A stretch of DNA of 64,000 bases from an uncultured Candidatus Bathyarchaeia archaeon (GTDB taxonomy: Archaea > Thermoproteota > Bathyarchaeia > Bathyarchaeales > DTEX01). A program made the position numbers and the translations under genes. Where the stretch lies: contig CAZELO010000008.1 in assembly GCA_964513245.1 (NCBI GenBank), forward strand, positions 1,170 through 65,169, in the 5' to 3' direction. Below are positions 56,039-64,000 of the stretch, one piece after another. Position 1 is the first letter of the stretch. Each line of letters starts with the position of its first letter. A model generated the notes under the pieces. That model was not told where the DNA came from. It was given only the letters and a program-made list of their open reading frames with translations, and ran no database searches.

Positions 56039-57906
56039 TTGCCTCCTTTGATTGCTTTTTCTGCTATGTAAGCTAGGTCGCCTAGGCCGAGTTCGTTGAG
56101 TTTTTCAACTGATGGGATGCCGTCTGATGTCCAGCCTCTTACTGCGTAGTAGTCGTCAAGTCCAATTTGGAGTTCTTCGTCGCTGACGTAGGCGCCTTTG
56201 GCTGGGCCTTCCTCTGGGACGGGATAGTTCTTTATTTTGTAGGGTACGGTGTCGTATTTTCTTGTGCCTTTGCCTTCACGGATGTTGAATAGGCGGGCGA
56301 TGTTTTCGATTCTTTCACCGTCTTTGGTCATTTCTTCTGTTGTGATGGGGATGCCTGTTGCAAGGGTGTAGTAGTTTGCTAGGTCTTCCCAGCCGTCGTA
56401 GTATGTGCCTCTGCTGAACTTGCACACGATTAGTGAGTCAATTATGTTGTACATGTTGCCTTCGTTGGCTATTATTTTGCCTCGGCCTTTCTCGATCTTG
56501 AAGCGGTTTACTTTGCCCTTGACATCAGGTGAGTAGGCTCCATTTCTGAGGTGGCAGGCACCGCGGAATGAAACGCTGAATCCGAGGGCTGCTGTTTTCA
56601 GGGTTCTGAGGTCGTATCCTGGAAGCTCCAGACCTTTGATGTGACACGCGTATTTCTCGGCGCCGTTGCCGATTATTTCAGCTGCTTTTTCAACGCCTTC
56701 GGCTAATGTGTTTCCTAGCCAGCCTTCGCGTTTTCCGATTTTGTGGATTATTGCGATAAGGGCTTCAGCGTTTCCGAATCGCAGGTCTATCCCGTCGGTT
56801 TGTTCTTTAGTAATTATGCCGTTTTCGTAGCAGTCCATGGCGAATGCGACGACTACACCAATGGATATGCCGTCCATACCGTACTCGTTTACAATCCGCA
56901 TGGCTTCGATTATGGCGTCCAATCGGTCTATGCCGCATAGAGGCCCCATTGACCAGAGGCATTCGAATTCTAGTCTTGAGGTTGATCCCTTGTAGGGTCC
57001 CTCAGGAACAACCGCAATGTGGTCACAGCGCATGCCGCATGTTGCGCAGCCTACGATTTTCTTGACGTAGTGTTCGTTTAGGTATTCGCCACTTACTTTT
57101 TGGGCTCCTTCAAATGTGGCGTTTGTAAAGTTTCTTGTTGCCAACGCTGCTATAGAATTCAAGACTAGAACGTTTTCGGGTGTTCCAAGCGTCCTGTATT
57201 TTTTGGTTGCTGGACCTTTCATTCGTTCCAAGATCATTTTTATGAATTTTTTGAATCCGTCCAGGTCTGCGACATTTACATCGTTTGTTCCCCGGACAGC
57301 GACAGCTTTAAGGTTTTTTGAGCCCATGACGGCTCCCATTCCAGTTCTGCCGATGGCTCTGAATTCGTCGTTTATTATGGCTGCGAATCGGCATAGTTTC
57401 TCGCCGGCTTCGCCGATTGCTGAGACTCTGATGTAGTAGTCGCCGAGTTCTTCTCTGATTTTCACGTCAGTTTCGTAGACTGTTTGATGCGTGAGAAATT
57501 CGCCATTTCTGATTTCGACTCTGTCGTCGTCGATCCAGAGATAGGACAATTTGTCTGCTTTACCCGTGATTATGACTGCGTCGTAGCCAGCTCTCTTGAG
57601 GTCGGGTCCAAAGAAACCGTGTGCTTTAGCTTCGCCTACTCCGCCTGTTGCGGGTGATTTGGAGACAACTGCGTAGCCGTTGCCTGCCGTGGGTCCCATA
57701 GTTCCAGTTAACGGGCCCGTGACAAAGATTATGGGGTTGTCTGGATTTAACGCGTCTGTGCCTGGTTTGGAGTTATCCATGAGCAGACGGATGCCTAAGC
57801 CGATGCCGCCAATATAATTCTTGACCATTTCTTTTTTTAGGGGTTCGGTGGAAACTTTTCCAGTTGCAAGATTGATACGCAGAATTTTACCAGCGTAGGC
57901 AAACAT
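56035..57906 (-). CDS. aor: tungsten-type aldehyde:ferredoxin oxidoreductase family protein (copy A)
   Basis: YAGKILRINL N-terminus, GRTGMGAVMGSKNLKA, GCATCGMRC cluster ligands and DSLIVCKF. Confidence 0.9.
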   Translation of the reverse strand: MFAYAGKILRINLATGKVSTEPLKKEMVKNYIGGIGLGIRLLMDNSKPGTDALNPDNPIIFVTGPLTGTMGPTAGNGYAVVSKSPATGGVGEAKAHGFFGPDLKRAGYDAVIITGKADKLSYLWIDDDRVEIRNGEFLTHQTVYETDVKIREELGDYYIRVSAIGEAGEKLCRFAAIINDEFRAIGRTGMGAVMGSKNLKAVAVRGTNDVNVADLDGFKKFIKMILERMKGPATKKYRTLGTPENVLVLNSIAALATRNFTNATFEGAQKVSGEYLNEHYVKKIVGCATCGMRCDHIAVVPEGPYKGSTSRLEFECLWSMGPLCGIDRLDAIIEAMRIVNEYGMDGISIGVVVAFAMDCYENGIITKEQTDGIDLRFGNAEALIAIIHKIGKREGWLGNTLAEGVEKAAEIIGNGAEKYACHIKGLELPGYDLRTLKTAALGFSVSFRGACHLRNGAYSPDVKGKVNRFKIEKGRGKIIANEGNMYNIIDSLIVCKFSRGTYYDGWEDLANYYTLATGIPITTEEMTKDGERIENIARLFNIREGKGTRKYDTVPYKIKNYPVPEEGPAKGAYVSDEELQIGLDDYYAVRGWTSDGIPSVEKLNELGLGDLAYIAEKAIKGGK

Positions 57907-57921
57907 GACTTTTCTCCACAT

Positions 57922-57947
57922 GTACGTTTGAACGTACTATATAAATT
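57922..57947 (-). promoter_or_regulatory. TATA box plus abutting inverted repeat upstream of AOR copy A
   Basis: Read on the minus strand: aatttatata followed by GTACGTTcaAACGTAC (7-bp arms), ending 1 nt before the first in-frame ATG. Confidence 0.4.
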
Positions 57948-58150
57948 GTAAGGATATTAACATAATGGATTTTGGATTCGGAAACTGGTGTTGATGTTCA
58001 GAGTTGGTTCCGTTATGATTTGAGGTGCAAAAAAGATTCTGCCTTTTGTTTGATGTTATAGAAAACAGGATTCGGCGAAGAAATGATTATATAACTTTTG
58101 AAGCAATATTTTTGATTCGTTTGAAGTGGTTTTAGGGGCGGAGTCAGGTT

Positions 58151-58438
58151 TTGAAGGTGACTGTTGAATATTTGGGTTACATCAAGCAGACTTTAGGCGT
58201 TAAACAGAAGGAAAGCGTGGGACTTGAAGGGTCTCTTGTACGCGACTTGCTGTGCGTTCTAGCTGAGAAGCATGGTGAACCCTTCAGGAAAGATGTGTAC
58301 GACCCCAAGAACGACAAGATGAAACCACACCACACCCTATCCGTAAACGGGATACTGCTGAATCAATTGAAAGGAGCAGATACTAGACTAAAAGACGGCG
58401 ATCGCGTGGTTGTGTTGCCTGTGGTAACTGGCGGTTAG
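58151..58438 (+). CDS. moaD: MoaD/ThiS-family ubiquitin-like sulfur carrier
   Basis: 95 aa ending in the VVTGG diglycine, adjacent to pterin-dependent AOR genes. Confidence 0.75.
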   Translation: MKVTVEYLGYIKQTLGVKQKESVGLEGSLVRDLLCVLAEKHGEPFRKDVYDPKNDKMKPHHTLSVNGILLNQLKGADTRLKDGDRVVVLPVVTGG

Positions 58439-58497
58439 TTAACTTAAAATAACAAAATTTATATGCTGGACTTATTTATCTATAGTGAATTGGAAAA

Positions 58498-58686
58498 ATG
58501 GGCTCTAAAATAAGCCTCCCACAGGAAATAGAGGATTTTTTAAGCATCAAGAAAACCAATTCTACGAGAAGACTGTATCGGACAGGCTTCAGACACTTCT
58601 TAGAATATTACAAAGAGAAGCATGGTGAAGAGGCAACCTTTCAAAATTTTATCAATGTAATATACGACGAGATCGAGAAGCCTTGA
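58498..58686 (+). pseudogene. N-terminal fragment of a tyrosine recombinase/integrase (SAM-like domain only)
   Basis: EIEDFLSIKKTNSTRRLYRTGFRHFLEYYKEKHG resembles the integrase N-terminal domain. No catalytic domain follows. Confidence 0.4.
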
Positions 58687-58766
58687 AGAGAACAGAGACA
58701 CCTAGCCGAGATTGAGTTGAAAGGCATCATAAAGAGGAGGAAGCCAACCTTCAAAAATAGTTATGA

Positions 58767-59363
58767 TTAGCCCTTCACTTTTCTCCATCCTTCCATTATT
58801 TTCTTATCGAAAGTGAATCTAAAATCAAATGAAGTAGAAAGCTCTTGTGAAACCTGTTTGTCGTAAAAGAAACCAAAAGTCTTCTTACCTACATTTTTGA
58901 CCGCATCCACTAAAGGAATAAAGTCTCTGTCCCCCAAAAAGAAAAGACCACTTTCATAGATGTCTTGATAAGCCATGACTATAGCATCAATAGTAAGCAG
59001 GATATCAACCCCTTTCTGCCGAAAAGATCCATCTTGGGTCTTCACGGCTTCTCCCAAGGTGACATCTAGGTTTTGGGTGCTCTCTAGCGCCTCAAAATAT
59101 TCTCTATGCTTGGCATAAGCGTCTGCATCGTCTTTGGGGTCTGCGATTCCATCATAGTAGTAGGTCCTGACTAAGTTTGCACGATAAGGATTAGAAAGGC
59201 ATTCGTTGTACATGACTATCAAATTACGTGTCAATTTTGTGTAATCAATATTATCATCACCAAACAAATCTAGGAAAAGCCTTCTCAAATAGCCACCGTC
59301 AATAAAAATTACTACCCGTTCAAGAGGCTTAGGAGCAGGACCTGAAGATGCATGAGGTGACAT
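58767..59363 (-). CDS. NYN domain (LabA/DUF88-like, PIN-like fold) protein
   Basis: VVIFIDGGYL ... KGVDILLTIDAIVMA ... FFLGDRDFIPLVDAVKNVGKKTFGF. The start is uncertain (ATG 59363 or 59474). Confidence 0.7.
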   Translation of the reverse strand: MSPHASSGPAPKPLERVVIFIDGGYLRRLFLDLFGDDNIDYTKLTRNLIVMYNECLSNPYRANLVRTYYYDGIADPKDDADAYAKHREYFEALESTQNLDVTLGEAVKTQDGSFRQKGVDILLTIDAIVMAYQDIYESGLFFLGDRDFIPLVDAVKNVGKKTFGFFYDKQVSQELSTSFDFRFTFDKKIMEGWRKVKG

Positions 59364-59527
59364 GAGAATAAATGAGCATTTTATCCAAAATAAATCTTCT
59401 TCAGAAATCTTCTTGGAAGTGGCTAAAGGAAGTTCTAAGGATGAAGTATTTTTCTCACTAGATAGAAGTGGCATGCATAAAGCTTATTATAATCGTTATA
59501 ACTAAGTAGTGTTTGGGTGAAAGCAAC

Positions 59528-59665
59528 ATGCTTCCTAAATCAATTCCTCTATTGACTGAGGAACAATGGAAACAGGTAGAAAAGGAAATAAAGCGGAAGC
59601 CATCGGAAAAGGACATTCAACGCATTAAGCGTATAAGGGAAACTTTTAAGAAAGAAACTCCCTAA
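59528..59665 (+). CDS. 45-aa ORF, putative antitoxin partner of the downstream GNAT
   Basis: Hand translation gives MLPKSIPLLTEEQWKQVEKEIKRKPSEKDIQRIKRIRETFKKETP. It ends 9 nt before the GNAT start. The function is inferred from position only. Confidence 0.35.
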   Translation: MLPKSIPLLTEEQWKQVEKEIKRKPSEKDIQRIKRIRETFKKETP

Positions 59666-59674
59666 CAATGGCAT

Positions 59675-60196
59675 ATGTCTAACCCCACAGTGATAGATCA
59701 CAATAGAATCACACCTAAACTATTGGAAGAAAGCGATAACGTTAGCCAGTTTTCTTGCGGAGTCACGGAGATAGATACTTTCATCCATGAAGAGGCGCTC
59801 AGTTTTCAAAATGAACGATTAGGCGTAAGCTATCTTTTCTTTTATCAGGACAACCTGATTGGATTTGTGACCTTAAGCATGGCTGACCTGAAGAAAGAAC
59901 GCATGAACAGAGAAGACAGATTGCCGATTGGAAGAGAAAACTATCCTGCTCTCCAGATCGGGCAGCTGGCAGTATGCTCTGATTTGCAGGGAAAGGATGT
60001 GGGGACGTATATCTGTGATTTTTGTTTGAACATGGCTATAGAACTTTCGGAAAGAGTAGGCTGCAGGTTCCTCGTGTTGAACGCGAAAAGGCGAGTAATA
60101 GGCTTCTACCGCAAGTACGGCTTCAGGCTTTTGGCAGGGCAAGAACAAAGAAGAGAACCAATAATGTTCCTGAATATTTTTGGAAGGAACGTTTGA
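59675..60196 (+). CDS. GNAT acetyltransferase of the toxin type (TacT/AtaT/KacT-like)
   Basis: FSCGVTEIDTFIHEEAL, YPALQIGQLAVCSDLQGKDVG and FYRKYGF match the layout of GNAT toxins of type II TA modules. Confidence 0.65.
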   Translation: MSNPTVIDHNRITPKLLEESDNVSQFSCGVTEIDTFIHEEALSFQNERLGVSYLFFYQDNLIGFVTLSMADLKKERMNREDRLPIGRENYPALQIGQLAVCSDLQGKDVGTYICDFCLNMAIELSERVGCRFLVLNAKRRVIGFYRKYGFRLLAGQEQRREPIMFLNIFGRNV

Positions 60197-60309
60197 AATG
60201 AACAAAAGGCGTATCCCATCCGCTTTTACGCATCTCGCAACGCCACGATCTATAGGCTTCACTTGCTGGGGTGGACTCAGCGGGAGATAGGCGAGTTAGT
60301 CAAAATTAG

Positions 60310-60438
60310 CAAGCGAAAAAGCCCAAGGTTGACTGGAATCTTGAAGACCCCGAGGGAAAACCAATTGAAAGAGTACGAGAAATCAAGGATGAAATTGAGC
60401 GATTAGTCCAGACGTTGATAATGCGCAAGATCGCCTAA
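60310..60438 (+). pseudogene. C-terminal fragment of an ArsC/low-molecular-weight phosphatase-type protein
   Basis: The frame KVDWNLEDPEGKPIERVREIKDEIERLVQTLIMRKIA matches the C-terminal end of LMW-PTP/ArsC proteins. A stop lies immediately upstream and there is no N-terminal CX5R part. Confidence 0.4.
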
Positions 60439-60511
60439 AGGATATAGATTGAACCACGGAATGATGTATTGCGGCGAGCCAAACAAAATCGTTGTGCAAA
60501 GGTGAACCCCG

Positions 60512-60841
60512 ATGAATGAAAGCCACGTTAGGATCAGGAGCTGGGAAGAATTCAAAAACTTGGTTAGGGAAAAGAAACCTCAATCAATTGTCTTCGTTCT
60601 TGAGCAAAACGGGTTTTCACCAAACAAAGAACTGACAAACCTTAGGCTCATAATGCTTCACGACCAGCGGAGTTACATTTTCCTTGACTTTCCCAAAGGC
60701 GAAGCACTTAGAGAAACGGGCATTCCTCTCCACAGGGGCAAGAATGGGATCCCCAATCTGGACGAAGACGAAGTGAAAGCCTTCTTGAAAGAACAGTTTA
60801 AGAAAGAGGGAATAGACGTTTTTTCTTTCTGGACAGCTTGA
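60512..60841 (+). CDS. hypothetical protein
   Basis: 109-aa ORF. No family recognised. Confidence 0.4.
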   Translation: MNESHVRIRSWEEFKNLVREKKPQSIVFVLEQNGFSPNKELTNLRLIMLHDQRSYIFLDFPKGEALRETGIPLHRGKNGIPNLDEDEVKAFLKEQFKKEGIDVFSFWTA

Positions 60842-60869
60842 ACGTCTAATAAAATGTTTAGATGCCTAT

Positions 60870-61140
60870 ATGATTGCTCACTTTGTCGCGTCTGCTCTTA
60901 TGCGCTATTTTTGGATCGTATTCTGGCGATTTTTCCTCTTTTTTAACGATGATTGTATCAAAGGTGCCATAATCGGCAAGGACTGCATCATACGTTCAGA
61001 TACAATTATCTATGAGGAAACAATCATCGGTGGCGGCTTGGAAATCCCTGTCTTGGATGTCTCTTGCCATTCTGTGTTGTAGGGAGTCGCGAGGTGGCTG
61101 AAGGAACATGCGAAGACAGAGGCGGAATTAGGGAACACTT
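60870..61140 (+). pseudogene. composite gene debris: hexapeptide-repeat fragment joined to a degraded copy of the 3' end of the 55068-55481 gene
   Basis: IIGKDCIIRSDTIIYEETIIGGG (left-handed beta-helix repeat) is followed by LEIPVLDVSCHSVL-stop-GVARWLKEHAKTEAELGNT. By eye this is about 70 percent nucleotide identity to 55371-55481. Confidence 0.45.
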
Positions 61141-61229
61141 AAGATGCAAGGTCGCCTTCGCCGTTACTGATTACGTTTAAATATCACTGTTATGATGTAG
61201 TATTGTCCCTGCGGTTTGGAGGAAAAGTC

Positions 61230-63092
61230 TTGTTTGGTTACGCTGGGAAGGTTCTGTTCATAGATCTCTCAAGTGGAAAGACGCGCACCGAGATTCTGAA
61301 GGAAGAGATGGCGAAGAAGTACATCGGTGGAATAGGTCTTGGGATGCGTCTGCTTCTGGATAACTCAAAACCTGGTGTAGATGCCTTTAGCCCGGAGAAC
61401 CCGTTAGTTCTCGCAATAGGCCCTCTGAGCGGAACAATCGCCCCCACAGGAGGAAACGGTCACGCCTTCGTCTCAAAGTCGCCGTTAACCAACTGTTTGG
61501 GTGAAGCTAAAGCCCATGGCACTTTCGGTTCTGAGATGAAAAGGGCCGGTTATGACGCCATAATCTTCGAGAACAGGGCTGAGAAGCCCACATACGTCTG
61601 GATTGACGATGACTATGTCCAGCTTATGGATGCAAAGCATCTTTTGGGCAAATCGCCTCAGGAAACGGAGGACATAATAAAAGACGAACTCGGCGACTAC
61701 TACGTACGCGTCGCCTCAATCGGGCTCGCAGGCGAGAAACTTGCACGCGTTGCCTGTATCATGAACGAGAAAAGCAGGGCAGCTGGCCGGACAGGCATGG
61801 GCGCGGTCATGGGCTCTAAGAACCTGAAAGCCATCGCCATTCGGGGAACCAAAGATATCGCGGTTGCGAAACCTGAAGAGTTCCTAGAGTTTGTCAAGAT
61901 GCTTCACGAGCGGATGAAGGGTCCCGCCGCGAGCAAGTATAGAACCTTGGGAACCCCAGTGAATGTACTTGTCCACAATTCGCTTGGGGCTTTGCCGACT
62001 AGAAACTTTACCAACGCGGTCTTTGAGGGCGCAGAGAAGATCAGCGGAGAATACCTGAACGAACATTTTATTGTAAAGATCATAGGGTGCTCTTCGTGCG
62101 CCATGCGTTGTGAGCACATAGCCGTGGTTCCTGAGGGACCTTACAAGGGCACGACAACGCGGATGGAGTATGAGCCTTTGTGGGCGTTCGGTCCGCACTG
62201 CGGCGTGGACAAGATGGATGCCATAATCAAAGCCATAGACCTCTGCAATTATTATGGGCTGGATAACCTGTCGACAGGCAACATCGTAGGCTTCGCAATG
62301 GACTGTTACGAGCATGGCATTCTAAGCGAGAAGGACACGGGCGGATTGGACCTCCGATTTGGCAACGCTGAAGCCATAGTTGAGATGGTCCACAAGATAG
62401 GCAAACGTGAAGGCCTAGGCGACATTCTGGCTGAAGGAGTCAAAAGGGCGGCTGAGAAAATTGGCAAGGGAGCCGAGAAGTACGCCAATCACATAAAGGG
62501 GCTTGAGATGACGGGCTACGATATACGGGGCCTGAAGACCGCAGCCATAGGCTACGCTGTGTCGTTCCGCGGCGCCGACCACAATAGGCATGGCGCCTAC
62601 GGGCTTGACCTTAAGGGAACGGTTGACCGCTTCAAGGTGGAGAAGGGCAGATCAAAATTTGTCATTCCCATTGAGGACCTGTATACGGTAATCGACTCGC
62701 TTATAGTGTGCAAGTTTTCTAGAGGCGTTTACTACGAAGGGTTTGAGGACCTTGCGCGCTATTACAGTCTGGCCACGGGAATCGCGATGAGTGCGGAGGA
62801 ACTCAGACTAGCCGGCGAGAGGATAAACAATTTGGGGAGGCTCTTCAACATTCGCGAGGGGTTGACGAGAAAGGACGATTCGCTGCCGCCTAAGGTTATG
62901 AACGTGCCGATACCGGATAACACTGTCTCGAAGGGCAGCCACATAACACAGAAGGAACTTGACTTCATGCTGGATGATTACTATGCGCAGCGAGGCTGGA
63001 CGGTGAATGGCGTCCCTACGCGTGAGAAACTTAAGGAAATCGGGTTGGGGGACCTATCCTACATCGTGAAAAGGAAAGTGAAGAAGAAATAG
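61230..63092 (+). CDS. aor: tungsten-type aldehyde:ferredoxin oxidoreductase family protein (copy B)
   Basis: Paralog of copy A, roughly two-thirds amino-acid identity by eye. A TTG start at 61230 follows GGAGG and gives MFGYAGKVLFIDL, parallel to copy A. Confidence 0.9.
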   Translation: MFGYAGKVLFIDLSSGKTRTEILKEEMAKKYIGGIGLGMRLLLDNSKPGVDAFSPENPLVLAIGPLSGTIAPTGGNGHAFVSKSPLTNCLGEAKAHGTFGSEMKRAGYDAIIFENRAEKPTYVWIDDDYVQLMDAKHLLGKSPQETEDIIKDELGDYYVRVASIGLAGEKLARVACIMNEKSRAAGRTGMGAVMGSKNLKAIAIRGTKDIAVAKPEEFLEFVKMLHERMKGPAASKYRTLGTPVNVLVHNSLGALPTRNFTNAVFEGAEKISGEYLNEHFIVKIIGCSSCAMRCEHIAVVPEGPYKGTTTRMEYEPLWAFGPHCGVDKMDAIIKAIDLCNYYGLDNLSTGNIVGFAMDCYEHGILSEKDTGGLDLRFGNAEAIVEMVHKIGKREGLGDILAEGVKRAAEKIGKGAEKYANHIKGLEMTGYDIRGLKTAAIGYAVSFRGADHNRHGAYGLDLKGTVDRFKVEKGRSKFVIPIEDLYTVIDSLIVCKFSRGVYYEGFEDLARYYSLATGIAMSAEELRLAGERINNLGRLFNIREGLTRKDDSLPPKVMNVPIPDNTVSKGSHITQKELDFMLDDYYAQRGWTVNGVPTREKLKEIGLGDLSYIVKRKVKKK

Positions 63093-63119
63093 ACTGCGGA
63101 AAAGGAGGACAGACCTGAT

Positions 63120-63614
63120 ATGCCATCCATACACACGAGAAAATTCGTTTCGGCTGACCCTGACAAATGCGTGGGCTGTGCCATATGCGAGTACATCTGC
63201 TCGTTTGAGAAGGAGAAGAAATTCAACCCGCTGAAGTCCAGAATACGCGTCGTGCGCCTAGACAGTATCATCAACATGGCAGTAGCCTGCAGGCTCTGCG
63301 AAGACGCGCCCTGCGTCGCCGCCTGCCCACGTGATGCTTTGACCCAGTCAGAGGAGACGGGCATCATAAAGGTTGACGAGGACAAGTGCAACGGCTGCGG
63401 GTGGTGCATCGAAGCCTGTGATTACGGCGCCATAATGCTTCATCCAGACAAGAAGGTGGTCTTCGTATGCGACCTCTGCGACGGCAAGCCAAAGTGTGTG
63501 GAGTGGTGTCCAGAAGAAGCCATAGACTACGTGACCAAAGATGTTCTAGCGCAGAAGGCTAGGATCTCGGCGGTGAAGAAACTCTTCCAAGAAACCACAA
63601 AAGAAAAAACCTAA
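63120..63614 (+). CDS. 4Fe-4S dicluster ferredoxin-domain protein, AOR partner (copy B)
   Basis: CVGCAICEYIC, CRLCEDAPCVAACP and CNGCGWCIEACDYG. Paralog of 55532-56038. Confidence 0.85.
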   Translation: MPSIHTRKFVSADPDKCVGCAICEYICSFEKEKKFNPLKSRIRVVRLDSIINMAVACRLCEDAPCVAACPRDALTQSEETGIIKVDEDKCNGCGWCIEACDYGAIMLHPDKKVVFVCDLCDGKPKCVEWCPEEAIDYVTKDVLAQKARISAVKKLFQETTKEKT

Positions 63615-63728
63615 CGCGGCTGCTTTCTTCTTTGTTGTCGGTAAAGGTTTTCTGACTTTTATGTTTCATCTAATTGAGCGGCATTCCCGCTGTTTTAGCG
63701 GTTGTGGATATATTCAAAAAATGAGGGG

Positions 63729-63977
63729 TTAGAGGCTTTTCGGCGTTTTCAGTCCTTTTATGCTGATTATGCGGCGTTTTTCTAGTCGTCTCAAGGCGTC
63801 GAAGAATTCGTTTTTCTGTTTTCCGTGCAGTCTTAAGTGTTGTACCATCTCTTTTATGGATGACCGTGAGGTTCCGTAGTTTCTCAGGTGATTGCTCAGG
63901 TAGTTGACAACGAGGCGTTCGACCTTGCCGCATTTCCATGTCGTGTTTCGAAGGAGGACTGCGATGGACCTAAGCAT
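63729..63977 (-). CDS. hypothetical protein (possibly truncated by window edge)
   Basis: 82-aa ORF near the right edge. No family recognised. Confidence 0.25.
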   Translation of the reverse strand: MLRSIAVLLRNTTWKCGKVERLVVNYLSNHLRNYGTSRSSIKEMVQHLRLHGKQKNEFFDALRRLEKRRIISIKGLKTPKSL

Positions 63978-64000
63978 TGCCTGTGCCTCTTGTCCAGAGT

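Noticed and set aside
1-64000. Search by eye for CRISPR arrays, rRNA genes, intact IS elements, transposases or full-length integrases.
   Set aside because: No regularly spaced direct repeats, no rRNA-like conserved blocks and no transposase or complete recombinase frames were seen. Only short integrase-like N-terminal scraps were found.

Overview
This window is an archaeal chromosomal segment. The evidence is archaeal or eukaryote-type ribosomal proteins (L32e, L19e, S4e, L40e), RNase P protein Rpp29 inside the r-protein operon, archaeal-type SAM synthetase, TiaS, a DGGGP-synthase-like UbiA enzyme, Tsr3, a PAC2 chaperone and a eukaryote-like topoisomerase IB. These markers suggest a TACK-type lineage, but that cannot be confirmed without searches. 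Most of the window is ordinary housekeeping: a split r-protein cluster, GatB, ArgRS, ComB, a MacB/FtsX-type ABC system, and two paralogous tungsten aldehyde:ferredoxin oxidoreductase (AOR) plus ferredoxin modules. Several short AT-rich accessory patches, judged by eye, interrupt this background. (1) 12.0-13.7 kb holds a 452-aa orphan protein with a C-terminal PD-(D/E)xK nuclease-like domain, next to an integrase-like remnant. (2) 34.4-36.1 kb holds a translationally coupled three-gene cassette of two orphan proteins and a frameshifted retropepsin-like aspartic protease. (3) 58.4-61.1 kb is a gene-decay field between the two inverted AOR modules, with an integrase fragment, a NYN protein, a GNAT-toxin module and gene debris. 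RNA features are a tRNA-Leu(CAG) with a 17-nt intron at a non-canonical position in the anticodon stem, and a roughly 300-nt structured non-coding locus at 19.5-19.8 kb of unresolved family. Two small r-protein genes missing from the ORF track (S14 type Z and L40e) were recovered by hand translation. I saw no CRISPR array, rRNA gene or intact transposase or integrase. All functional calls rest on motif recognition by eye. No database search was run.
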